Assembly: GCA_035221665.1 (NCBI GenBank)
Contig: CM069139.1
Span: 56,544,001-56,608,000, forward strand
From: Okamejei kenojei
Taxonomy: Eukaryota
DNA: 64,000 bases
Reading direction: 5' to 3'
In this document: positions 36,597 through 48,685 of the stretch, piece by piece
How positions within the stretch are numbered: position 1 is the first letter of the stretch
Layout of the letters: every line of letters begins with the position of its first letter
Notes under the pieces: generated by a model
Seen by the model: the letters and a program-made list of their open reading frames with translations, nothing else
Databases searched by the model: none
What the model was told of the DNA's origin: nothing
Made by a program: the position numbers and the translations under genes

Positions 36597-36850
36597 AGAT
36601 TAGTTTAATTTAGAGATGCAGCATAGAAACAGAAACGAGTTCTCACCGATTGACAATTACCCATATACTAGTTCTATGTTATCCCAGTGTCGCATCCTAC
36701 ACACAAGGGGCAATTTACAGAACCAATTAGCCTACAAACTGGTACGTCTTTGGAATGTGGGAGGAAACCAGAGCACCAGGAGAAAGCCCACACGGTCACA
36801 GAGAAAACACAAACTCTGTACAGACAGCACCCGTAGTCAGATTGGTACCC
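36597..36850 (-). mobile_element. tRNA-derived SINE (HE1/V-SINE type)
   Basis: Reverse complement of the family core, preceded by a pLTR fragment at 36518-36585. Confidence 0.8.
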
Positions 36851-37261
36851 AGGCTTGGGTTTCAAACAATCAGTGCTAATTGACCTCTTCTCTTCTCCTT
36901 GGAGTTTTGCTCAGAAATGAATCCAAGCTTGCCTATCTAATTTGTTCACTTGTTTTGGAGGTGTACAGCAGCCATGATTTACTAGTTATTTGCTTGCCTC
37001 ATTCTGCCCCACAACCTCTTATCCTAACAAATAGCAGGAGCCTGTTTTACAGTCATTCTGAACCTGCCAACAAAATCTGAAGAGGCGCAAAGCATTGTGT
37101 GGGAGCACAGGCACATACGTCAGGGTGTGGAACAAGTCAGCAAGTGAAAAAATAACGTGTGCCAACACAACGGCTGGGCAAGACATTGGCAAGGCTACAT
37201 TTAGAATAGTGTATCGGTAGTTCTGGTCGCCTTGCTCTTGGGAGATTAACATTAGACTGGA

Positions 37262-38370
37262 AAGAGTCATAGAGTCACACAACACGGAAACAGGCCTTTA
37301 GGCCCAACTTGCCCATGCCCATCTACACTAGTCCCACCTACCCCCATTTACCCATATCCCCCTAAACCTTTCCATTCCATGTAGCTGTCCAAATGTTCTT
37401 TTTAATGCTGTTTTAATATCTGCTTCAATGACCTCCTCCGGCCACTCATTCCATTTATCCACCACCCCGTGTGGAAAAAGTTGGCAGTTGGGTTACTATT
37501 AAATATTTCCGCCCTCACCTTAAACCCATGTCTTACTGGTTTTGGATTCCCCTATTTTGGATAAAAGACTGTGCATTCACCCTATATATTCCCTTCATGA
37601 TTTTATACACCTTTATAAGATCAACTCTCAGCCTCCTAAGCTCCAAAGAATAAAGTCCTAGCCTGCCCAATTGCTCCCCATAGTTCAGGTCCTCAACTTC
37701 TAAATATGTCATAAATCTTCTTTGCACTCTTCCACGCTTAATGATGTCCTTCCTATAGCATGGTGTCCAAAACTAAAGACAATGCTCCATCTGCATCATC
37801 ACCAATGTCTCATACAACTGTAACATAACATCCCAATTTCTATACTCAGTACCTTGACCGATGAAAGCCAATGTACCAAAAGCTTTCTTGACCGTCCTGC
37901 CATTCACTATGAAGGTCCTCCCTCAGCTTGACTTCCCAAAATGCAACACCTTGCACTTATCTGCATTAAACTCCATTAAACATCCCTCAGCCCATTAAGC
38001 CCAATCGAACAAGATCCAGCCCTAATTTTTGAAAGAAAACTTTGCTATCTACAAATCCACCCACTTTAGTGTCATCTGCAAATTTACTAATGATGCCTTG
38101 TGCATTCTCATCCAAATTGTTGATATAAACCACGACTAGCAATGGGCCAAGCACTGATCCCTGAGGCACACCATTAGTAGTATGCCTCCAGTCTAAAAAC
38201 AACCTTCCACTATCAATCTCTGCTTCCTTCCATGAAGCTAATTCTCTATCCAGTCGGTTAGCTCTCCCTGGATCCCATGTGATCTCACATTCCAGAGCAG
38301 CCTACCATGCAGAACCTTATCAAATGCCTTGTTGGTCTATATAGACAATATATACGGCTTTGCCCTCATC
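37262..38370 (-). mobile_element. CR1 RT-to-3' fragment
   Basis: GVPQGSVLGPLL..YINNLD..ISKFADDTKVGG and [22 protein letters not shown]. Confidence 0.9.
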
Positions 38371-38632
38371 AAAGGAAAGGTGCACAAAATAATTATGAGG
38401 ATGATACCAGATCTTGAGAATTTGAGTTTTAAGGAGAAGCTAGTTCTGCTGGATCTATTTTCGCTGGAGTGTAGAAGACTGAGGAGTAACCAAAAGGACA
38501 TACATTAGGTGAATAGCAACTGTTTATTAACCCCAAGCTGAGGAGTTATAAAAAGAGAGAATAGGCTTAAGATGAGGGGGAAAAGACTGTAGGTATGTAG
38601 CAAAATAGAAACAGGGAGGAGTTAAGGTACAT

Positions 38633-38922
38633 GTTTAGTTTAGAGATACAGGGCAAAAACAGGCCCTTCAGCCCACGCCACCCAGCAATCCCCATACACT
38701 AGCACTATCCTACATACTAGGGACAATTTTACAATTTTTACCGAAGCCAAATCATCCTACAAACCTGTACATCTTTCGAATGTATGAGGAAACCGGAGCA
38801 CCCAGAGAAAACCCACGTGGTCTCAGGGAGAAAGTACAAACTCCCACAGACAGCACCCATAGTCAGGATCGAACCCAGGCCTATAGCCCTGTAAGGCAGC
38901 AATTCTACCGTTGTGCCACCAT
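38633..38922 (-). mobile_element. tRNA-derived SINE (HE1/V-SINE type)
   Basis: Reverse complement has A box TGGCACAACGG, B box GGTTCGATCC and a (CTAAA)n tail. Confidence 0.85.
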
Positions 38923-40217
38923 TCCGCTGAGAGAAAATAGATTACATGGGAGTAATTGGAGATTGATAGGACTGTTTTGAAAGCCAACATTGACTTGAAA
39001 TGCACACACTTCCCTTCTACAACACAAGATAAATGTCAATGATAGGCCCTTAAAAAAGGTGCTGAAACTTGCAACGCATCTCAATGAGAGATAAACAAAA
39101 CTGAGCTATAATGAGGAATGGTTTCTCAATTTATTCCATATTATACTCTGAAGAATTCTCTTTTCTGAACAGAACCAATGCTTGCACCTAAATGAAGCTG
39201 TAAAAATGAACTAATAATTTCTTGTTTCATTTCCAGTATCAAACGCACCAAGGCTGAATGTTATACCCTAAGGAACTTGTCTCACAGTGAAACCTGAGCA
39301 AATGTGGTGTTGATAATTTTCATTGGTCTGCTGGCATAGATCAATATTACAACTTAACTTCCACTTTAGCAGATGAGATGTGACTTGGTCACAGCTTAAA
39401 ATGAAAGAAACCTTTAAAACTGCCCAAGGCATCACATTAGTTGTAGAACATTAGGCTTTAGTGCTCAGGATTTAAGCTAGGTTCTCAGCTTTGAATGTAT
39501 TTTAAACTCAGCTTGTATCAGATCGGATAAATCATAGACTCTGAACTTAACTACACATTAACATGGCGAGGAAGCAGTGGGTATTATATTGAGGAGGAGG
39601 AAGAAATAAAAACACCCAGTCACATAAATCAGTCATTAAGAACATGTAATTACAAAAAACACCTCTTTATGGCCTTTCATTGGTGCAAAAACACACACAC
39701 ACACACGCGCGCGCGCGCGCTGGGGAGAGCAGGAAACTATTAGAAAAAAATGCTAATTCCATGTGAGCATCTAAAATACAAAATCTTAATATTCATTTGA
39801 TTCAATTGACTTGAAACATAATTCACAAAATATTTTCTCATTTCTCTACAATCTTCCCTATGGACACAGAACATTGCAGTCCCACTGGATGTCAAGAACA
39901 ATTGTATCAGAATTGTTGAATCACAGCAAAATCCAAGTTATTTTTCATGTATTATAGGTTTCGTTCTCGGGCGCATTTTAAAATTTGCTTATCCCCGCTT
40001 GCCTCCGAGCTCCTTTTTGCTTGAAACTGCAAATGAACACTATTTTGTTTTAAACTGTGATTGACTAAAGTAAATTAATTTTTTGTGGGATTAGACTTTG
40101 TACATTTGACTTGTTCTAATACTATGAATTGCAAGTAATAGTTTAAATGATATTTTGAATCACTTCGTTCGTGATTGTTGTTGTTAGTGGAAGCACCAGA
40201 GGAACACCAATTCTTAC

Positions 40218-40463
40218 CTCCTCTATGTCTTCTTTTATTGCTTTTTGCCAATATTTTTGAACAGCAGCGATGTATTTCTTGTCTGTGACATAACAGTTTG
40301 CCAGCAAGATATTGCTCAGTTTTGTTCCACTTTTTGTTGCTTGCAGAATTTTCTGCACATGGTTTAGAGAGAGAGCAGCTTCAGGCCTGACACCTCCTTC
40401 GATAAGCTGCATGGTGCATGGGATCAAACCTATTTGTCCCGCACAAAATATCTCATCGCCAAT
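40218..40463 (-). CDS. DPH6: Internal exon of diphthine-ammonia ligase DPH6, C-terminal RidA/YjgF-like domain
   Basis: Acceptor TTTCATTCATCCTCTTAG, donor GAG|GTAAGA, 246 bp, phase 0-0: IGDEIFCAGQIGLIPCTMQLIEGGVRPEAALSLNHVQKILQATKSGTKLSNILLANCYVTDKKYIAAVQKYWQKAIKEDIEE. The CAGQIGLIPCTM and CYVT motifs match the RidA-like domain of long Dph6 as I recall it. Confidence 0.85.
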
Positions 40464-41675
40464 CTAAGAGGATGAATGAAATTAATTAGTAAAATGCCAA
40501 ACTCCATCGAGAAGAATGAGACACTTTAAAAAACAAATCAATCAAAAAGAATAAAAAGTGTCTGGTAAAAATTGGCCTTCTGATATGTATGATACACACA
40601 ATGTTGTAACATATAATCATTCCATTCAGTGCATGAAATTTGTTTCCATTGGCAGAATTTGAGAAAAAGTTTCATATACCTTCATTAATGCATCCCACAT
40701 TTGGCACATGCATTGCACAATGAAGCTCTACCTCTGTGTTTATATACGCTCACACACACACTGCAGAATGACAGATCACATTTACTATTGTGCATGTTAT
40801 CAAAATCCTCAGGCAGAGATCCCACACACACACACAGTGTAAATATGTCCAATTGTCAAATGTTTTTCATATAGCTGTTACTCCTATCTATTATTTTACA
40901 AAATATAATACATTTAACCACATATAGAAAGTAAAATTAATTATGATTGACCTACCTATTTTACAAAATACATTTTTTCTATTCAAAATACACATAGAAA
41001 GTAAAATTAAATATGACTAAGGGAATCGATTCTCTGCACATTTAAGTTAATTGCTTAATTATTGTCACTGAAACATGAACCCAATTAATCATGAGACAGA
41101 TATCTGTTTTCTAGTGTCTGCAATTTAGTTTTGTTGCTATATAAACTCCCAAATACATTTTTGAAGGGCACATTTTCAAAAATTGAAACCAGGTTGATAT
41201 GGTCAGGGAAATATTATATTGTATATATTTTTATACACAGCAAGACAATGAAGTTACCAATTTTTCATTACTATCATGCTGTGCAAAATGTCCATGGCTG
41301 GAATGACCATGCCACTTCAGGCTGACATTATGAACACAGATTACCAATACTTTGTACCTCTAACATAGGGATAAGCTGCTGATAGGACCGTGCGTGAGTG
41401 CACACAACAATTTTGTTATCAACATAAGCAAGACGAAGAAGTTGATTGTTGACTTGAGGAGGGGAAAGCCATGTATGCTCAAATCTGTAAGTGACAGGAC
41501 AACGGCGGAGAGAGTAAACAGCTTCAGATTCCGGCGTGCATAACTCTGAAGATCTGCCTTACGCCCAGCACATCGATATAATCAGAAAGAAACATAGAAA
41601 TTAGGTGCAGGAGTAGGCCATTCAGCCCTTCGAGCCTGCACCGCCATTCAATATGATCATGGCTGATCATCCAAC

Positions 41676-44576
41676 TCAGTATCCCGTACCTGCCTTCTCT
41701 CCATACCCTCTGATCCCCTTAGCCACAAGGGCCACATCCAACTCACTCTTAAAATATAGCCAATGAACTGGCCTCAACTACCCTCTGTGGCAGAGAGTTC
41801 CAGAGACTCACCACTCTCTGTGTGAAGAAAAGTCTTTCTCATCTCGGTCTTAAAGGATTTCCCCCTTTATCCTTAAGCTGTGACCCCTTGTCCTGGACTT
41901 CCCCAACATCGGGAACAATCTTCCTGCATCTAGCCTGTCCAACCCCTTAAGAATTTTGTAAGTTTCTATAAGATCCCCCTCTTAATCTCCTAAATTCCAG
42001 AGAGTATAAACCAAGTCTATCCAGTCTTTCTTCATAAGACAGTCCTGACATCCCAGGAATCAGTCTGGTGAACCTTCTCTGCACTCCCTCTATGGCAATA
42101 ATGTCCTTCCTCAGATTTGGAGACCAAAACTGCACGCAATACTCCAGGTGTGGTCTCACCAAGACCCTGTACAAACTGAAGTAGAACCTCCCTGCTCCTG
42201 TACTCAAATCCTTTTGCTATGAAAGCTAACATACCATTCGCTTTTTTCACTGCCTGCTGCACCTGCATGCCTACTTTCAATGACTGGTGTACCATGACAC
42301 CCAGGTCTCGCTGCATCTCCCTGTTTCCTAATCGGCCACCATTTAAATAATAGTCTGCTTTCCTGTTTTTGCCACCAAAGTGGATAACCTCACATTTATC
42401 CACATTATACTGCATCTGCCAAACATTTGCCCACTCACCCAGCCTATCCAAGTCACCTTGCAGTCTCCTAGCATCCTCCTCACAGCGAACACTGCCCCCC
42501 AGCTTAGTGTCATCCGCAAACTTGGAGATATTGCCTTCAATTCCCTCATCCAGATCATTAATATATATTGTAAATAGCTGGGGTCCCAGCACTGAGCCCT
42601 GCGGTACCCCACTAGTTACTGCCTGCCATTGTGAAAAGGACCCGTTTACTCCTACTCTTTGCTTCCTGTTTGCCAGCCAGTTCTCTATCCACATCAATAC
42701 TGAACCCCTAAATACCGTATGCTTTAAGTTTGTATACTAATCTCTTATGTGGGACCTTGTCGAAAGCCTTCTGGAAGTCCAGATATACCACATCCACTGG
42801 TTCTCCCTTATCCACGCTACTAGTTACATCCTCGAAAAATTCCACAAGATTCGTCAGACATGATTTACCTTTTGTAAATCCATGCTGACTTTGTCCAATG
42901 ATTTCACCACTTTCCAAATGTGCTGCTATCCCATCTTTAATAACTGACTCTAGCAGTTTCCCCACTACCGATGTTAGACTAACTGGTCTGTAATTCCCCG
43001 TTTTCTCTCTCCCTCCCTTCTTAAAAAGAGGGGTTACATTTGCTACCCGCCAATCCTCAGGAACTACTCCAGAATCTAAAGAGTTTTGAAAGATTATCAC
43101 TAATGCATCCACTATTTCCTGAGCTACTTCCTTAAGTACTCTGGGATGCAGCCTATCTGGCCCTGGGGATTTATCGGCCTTTAATCTATTCAATTTACCC
43201 AACACCACTTCCCGACTGACCTGGGATTTCACTCAATTCCTCCTTTGACCCACAGTCCCCTGCTATTTCAGGCAAGATTATTTATGTCTTCCTTAGTGAA
43301 GACGGAACCAAAGTAGTTATTCAATTGGTCCGCCATATCCTTGTTCCCCATGATCAACTCACCTGTTTCTGACTGCAAGGGACCTACATTTGTTTTAACT
43401 AACCTCTTTCTCTTCACATATCTATAAAAACTTTTGCAGTCAGTTTTTATGTTCCCTGCCAGTTTTCTTTCATAATCTATTTTTCCTTTCCTAATTAAGC
43501 CCTTTGTCCTCCTCTGCTGGTCTCTGAATTTCTCCCAGTCCTCTGGTATGCTGCTTTTTCTGGCTACTTTGTACGCATCATCCTTTGCTTTGATACTATC
43601 CCTGATTTCCCTTGTTATCCACGGATGCACTACCTTCCCCGATTTATTCTTTTGCCAAACTGGGATGAACAATTTTTGTAGTTCATCCATGCAATCTTTA
43701 AATGTCTTCCATTGTATATCCACCGTCAACCCTTTTAGAATTAATTGCCAGTCAATCTTGGCCAATTCACGTCTCATACCCTCAAAGTTACCTTTCTTTA
43801 AGTTCAGAACCATTGTTTCTGAATTAACAATGTCACTCTCCATCCTAATGAAGAACTCAACCATATTATGGTCACTCTTGCCCAAGGGGGCACGTACAAC
43901 AAGACGGCTAATTACCCCTTCCTCATTACTCAAAACCCAGTCTAAAATAGCCTGCTCTCTCGTTGGTTCCTCTACATGTTGATTTAGATAACTATCCCGC
44001 ATACATTCCAAAAAATCCTCTTCCTCAGCACCCCTGCCAATTTGATTAACCCAATCTATATGTAGATTGAAGTCACCCATTATAACTGTTTTTGCCTTTG
44101 TCGCACGCATTTCTAATTTCCTGTTTGATACCATCCCCAACTTCTCTGCTACTGTTAGGTGGCCTGTACACAACACCCACCAGCGTTTTCTGCCCCTTAG
44201 TGTTTTGTAGCTCTACCCATACCGATTCCACATCCTCCAAGCTAATGTCCTTCCTTTCCATTGCTTTAATCTCCTCTCTAACCAGCAACGCTACCCCACC
44301 TCCTTTTCCTTTCTCTCTATCCCTTCTGAATATTGAATATCCCTGGATGTTCAGCTCCCAGCCTACGTCACCCTGGAGCCATGTCTCCGTGATCCCAACT
44401 ATATCATAATCATTAATATCTATCTGCACGTTCAACTCGTCCACCTTATTACGAATACTCCTTGCATTGAGACACAAAGCCTTCAGGCTTGTCTTTACAA
44501 CGCATTTACCCCTTATACAATTTTGCTGAAAAGTGGCCCTTTTTGATTTTTTGCCCTGGTTTTGTCTGCCTGCCAC
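41676..44576 (-). pseudogene. CR1 ORF2 (APE endonuclease plus reverse transcriptase), a few frameshifts
   Basis: LNARSIRNK, GITETWL, VVYRPPN, MGDFN, LGKSDHN, KSPGPD, YRPVSLTS, YLDFQKAFD, GVPQGSVLGP, FADDTK; ends KGIRGYGEKAGTGY*. Confidence 0.93.
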
Positions 44577-44663
44577 TTTTACCTTTCACCTTGCTACCTA
44601 ATGCTTCTACCCTCATTTTACACCCTCCTGCCTCTCTGCTCTTGTACCCATCCCCCTGCCACA

Positions 44664-45615
44664 TTAGTTTAAATCCTCCCCGACAGCACTAGCAAACACT
44701 CCCCCAAGAACATTGGTTCCATTCCATTCCAAGTGCAAACCGTCCTGTTTGTACCGGTCCCACCTCCCCCAGAACTGGTCCCAGTGCCCTAAAAATTTGA
44801 ATCCCTCCCCCTTGCACCACTTTTCAAGCCACGTATTCATTTGCATTATCCTCCTATTTCTACTCTGACTGGCCCGTGGTACTGGTAGTAATCCGGAGAT
44901 TACTACCTTTGAGGTCCTACTTTTAAGTTTATCTCCTAGCTCCCTAAATTCACCTTGTAGGACCTCATCCCTTTTTTTTACCTATATCGTTGGTGCCAAC
45001 ATGCACCACGACAAACTGGCTGTTCACCCTCCCCCTCCAGAATGTTCTGCAGCCGTTCAGTGACATCCCTGACCTTTGCACCAGGGAGGCAACATACCAT
45101 CCTGGAGTCTCGTTTGCGGCCGCAGAAACGCCTATCTATTCCCCTGACAATTGAATCCCCTATTACTATTGCCCTTCCCCTCTTTTTTCCCCCCTCATGT
45201 GCTGCAGAGCCACCCATGGTGCCATGAACCTGGCTGCTGCTGCATTCCCCTGATGAGCCATCTCCCTCAACAGTATCCAAAATGGTATACCTGTTTAGGA
45301 GGGAGATGACCGCAGGGGACTCCTGCACTACCTGCCTACTGCTTTGCTGGCTATTGGCCACCCGTTTCCCTTCTTGTCCTCCTACCTTTTGCCTGCGGTG
45401 TGACCAACTCACTGTACGTGCTATCCACGACTTTCTCCGCATCGTGGATGCTCCAGTATGAATCCAGCCGCAGTTTCCAATCGTTCAATGCGATCTGCCA
45501 GGAGCTGCAGCTGGACACACTTCCTGCAAACGTAGTCACCAGGGACACCGACCATCTCCCTGATCTCCCACATGTTGCAGGCTGAACAAACCACGGGGCC
45601 AATCTCTACTGCCAT
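44664..45615 (-). pseudogene. CR1 ORF1 (zinc finger/leucine zipper plus SGNH esterase), frameshifted
   Basis: CSACNMWE..VCRKCVQLQLLADRIERLE; IVIGDSIVRG..CCLPGAKVRDV; YKQDGLHL. Confidence 0.9.
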
Positions 45616-45856
45616 ACCTTACTCCCAAATTACTAAAAAAAAAACACAAAAAACTTATCCTTTAAACTTTACTACTAAATACTAAATCCCTCACTCCCAG
45701 AATCCCTCACTCCCAGAAGGCAGAAATGTAAAATAGTAAACCCGGGGTTGCACCCAATCAGCTGCTTCCTCGGGTCCTCTTCCACCAATCAGCGGCTTCC
45801 TCAAAAAAACCCCAAAAAAAACCCACCTCCAAATGGAACGTTATGGATTTGGGTAA

Positions 45857-46607
45857 GCCTCTGAAAACACAAGCCCCGCGCTAGATTTTTAACCTACCGG
45901 TCGGGTGTCGCTCCTCCCCCTCCTTCACTTCCTCCAACGGCTCCTGTGGGCCTCTGAAAACACAAGCCCCGCGCTAGATTTTAAACCTACCGGTCGGGTG
46001 TCGCTCCTCCCCCTCCTTCACTTCCTCCAACGGCTCCTGTGGGCCTCTGAAAACACAAGCCCCGCGCTAGATTTTAAACCTACCGGTCGGGTGTCGCTCC
46101 TCCCCCTCCTTCACTTCCTCCAACGGCTCCTGTGGGCCTCTGGAAAAACAAGCCCCGCGCTAGATTTTAAACCTACCGGTCGGGTGTCGCTCCTCCCCCT
46201 CCTTCACTTCCACCAACGGCTCCTGTGGGCCTCTGGAAAAAACAAGCCCCGCGCTAGATTTTAAACCTACCGGTCGGGTGTCGCTCCTCCCCCTCCTTCA
46301 CTTCCACCAACGGCTCCTGTGGGCCTCTGAAAACACAAGCCCCGCGCTAGATTTTAAACCTACCGGTCGGGTGTCGCTCCTCCCCCTCCTTCACTTCCTC
46401 CAACGGCTCCTGTGGGCCTCTGAAAACACAAGCCCCGCGCTAGATTTTAAACCTACCGGTCGGGTGTCGCTCCTCCCCCTCCTTCACTTCCTCCAACGGC
46501 TCCTGTGGGCCTCTGGAAAAACAAGCCCCGCGCTAGATTTTAAACCTACCGGTCGGGTGTCGCTCCTCCCCCTCCTTCACTTCCACCAACGGCTCCTGTG
46601 GGCCTCT
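45857..46607 (-). repeat. Eight tandem 93-bp monomers forming the CR1 5' end
   Basis: Unit GCCTCTGAAAACACAAGCCCCGCGCTAGATTTTAAACCTACCGGTCGGGTGTCGCTCCTCCCCCTCCTTCACTTCCTCCAACGGCTCCTGTGG (31-aa periodicity in the ORF track), inside the TSD. Confidence 0.95.
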
Positions 46608-47349
46608 CTGATATAATCAGAAAGAAAGCTCATCTACTTCCTTAGGTGATTGAGGAATACATTGCAGCCTAGGAACAAAGGAGTCTTCAGAGAGGGTTAG
46701 ACACTGCCCGGTTCATCATAGGTATCAACCCCCTCCACTTAGAGGGTTCATCACAGGTACCAACCCCCTCCACATCGAAGGGATTGATAGCAGACACTGC
46801 CTCAAAAAGGCAGCCAATATCATTAACAATCCACACCATCCGGGCTACACTCTTATTTCATGACTACCATCTGGAACAAGATAGAGCAGCCTGTAAACCA
46901 TGACCATCAGGTTCAAGGACAGCTTCTTCCCAACAACCATCTGGCTCTCAACAGCGACACAACATTGAACTCAGCAACTATGATCTTCTATGCACTCTAT
47001 CTTTGGCTGCACTATGGACTTCATTTTTTTTTTTGCACTATTATTCTTACCTCGTACTGCTGTTTTTGATTTATTATATTTTTGATTATTATATATTATC
47101 TAAATGTATTTGCATTTATGGGCCTGTTAAGCTGCAGCAAGTAAGAATGTAATTGTTCTGTTATCAGTACATATGGTAATGATACACACTTCACTTGACT
47201 CGAGGCTACAACAGGGTGGCCGAGAGTCAAGTGAAGTGTGTATCATTGTCATATGTACTGACAACAGAACAATGACATTCTGACTTGCTGCAGCTTAACA
47301 AGCCCATAAGCGTCATACTCGTTTCGACAGTCATACTCGTTTCGAGTGA

Positions 47350-47995
47350 CCTCCACCCTACCCACCCTGTTGTATGGAGCCGAGTCATGGACCACCTACA
47401 GCAGGCACCTGAGAGCTCTAGAACAATACCATCAAAGATCCTTACAAAAAGATTCTGAGGATCAGCTGGGAGGACAAACACACCAACAACAGCGTTTTGG
47501 ATGAGGCCAACATGACCAGCATCAATAGTGCAGCACCAACTTCGATGGACTGGCCATGTCATCCGCATGTTGAAAACACGTCTCCCTAAACAACTCCTGT
47601 ACTCTCAAGGAAGGTCGGTGAGCCCCCGGCGGGCCAAAGAAACGCTTCAAGGACAATATCAAGAATAGTCTGAAGAAATTCCACATCACATCAAGCAGCT
47701 GGGAGCACATTGCACTGGACAGACGCTCCTGGAGGAAATCCGTGCAGGAAGAAGATGCACTTCACGAAACGGAACTACGCCGTGTCGCAGAGACAAAGCG
47801 ACAGCACCGTAAGCAGAGAGAGAAGGGGGCTCGACGACTACCAACCACCGCCAGTCTCCACTGCCCACGTTGCACCAAGGTGTGTGGATCGCAGATCGGC
47901 CTCCACAGACCTCCGCAGACCCACAAGTAGATGACCCTATGGAGAGGAGAGGACAGTCATACTCGTTTCGAGTGACCGCCGTTGATGATGATGAC
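47350..47995 (+). mobile_element. RTE-clade LINE 3' fragment
   Basis: PTLLYGAESWT..KILRISWEDK..QLRWTGHVIRM..RLPKQLLY..KRFKDNIK..CPRC..H; (GAT)n tail. Confidence 0.88.
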
Positions 47996-48135
47996 GCTAG
48001 GCTCTCGTGGTCAGCATAGGTATGATGGGCTGAAGGGTCAATTTCTATGTTAAACAATATGACACGAACTGTCAATGATAGATTCACAAAAACTAAGCAT
48101 GCTCTTAGGTACGGGGATATCACTGTTGGTAGCAA

Positions 48136-48354
48136 TGTGTAAGAAAGAACTGCAGACGCTGGTTTAAATTGAAGGTGGACACAAAATGCTGGAGTAACTC
48201 AGCGGGTGAGGCAGCATCTCTGGAGAGAAGGAATGGGTGACGTTTCGGGTCGGGACGTTTCAGTCTGAAGAAGGGCCTCGACCCGAAATGTCACCCATTC
48301 CTTCTCTCCAGAGATGCTGCCTGTCCCGCTGAGTTACTCCTGCATTTTGTGTCT
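48136..48354. mobile_element. Penelope pLTR inverted pair with TSD and hammerhead-like core
   Basis: About 75-bp inverted arms around CTGAAGAAGGGCCTCGACCCGAAA; flanked by ACTGTTGGTAG(C/T)AA at 48122 and 48355. Confidence 0.8.
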
Positions 48355-48374
48355 ACTGTTGGTAGTAAGTTACA

Positions 48375-48685
48375 TTAGCACGGTGGTACAGTGGTAGTGT
48401 TGCTGCCTTCCAGAGCCAGGGACTTAGGTTTGATCCTGACTATGGGTGCTGTCTGTGCGGAAATTGTATACTCTCCCTGTGACCGTGTGGGTTTCTCCAG
48501 GAGCTCCCGTTTCCTTCAACATTCCAAGGACGTACAGTTTTATATATTCAGTGGCTTTGTTAAGAATTGTACATTGTCCTAAATGTGTAGGATAGGGCTA
48601 GTATATGTGGATTGCTGGTCAATGTGGACTCCGTGGGCTGAAGAGCCTGTTTCCACGTTGTATCTCTAAACTAAACTAAACTAAA
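48375..48685 (+). mobile_element. tRNA-derived SINE (HE1/V-SINE type)
   Basis: A/B boxes, family core, (CTAAA)n tail. Confidence 0.85.

Larger units (their letters stand above)
41593..46609 (-). mobile_element. Full-length, nearly intact CR1 LINE with 18-bp TSD
   Basis: GATATAATCAGAAAGAAA flanks both sides (41575-41592, 46610-46627); contains 5' monomers, ORF1, ORF2, 3' UTR and TTTCTATG tail. Confidence 0.95.
41380..47200 (+). mobile_element. Rex/Babar LINE 3' fragment, split by the full-length CR1 (pieces 41380-41592 and 46610-47200)
   Basis: INISKTKKLIVDLRR..ERVNSFRF on the left; KKAANIINNPHHPG..RFKDSFFPTTI on the right; CTTGA tail. Confidence 0.8.

Noticed and set aside
45857-46607. Regular repeat array as a CRISPR or repeat-protein gene
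   Set aside because: Units are contiguous with no unique spacers, there are no cas genes, the context is eukaryotic, and the array lies inside a CR1 TSD.
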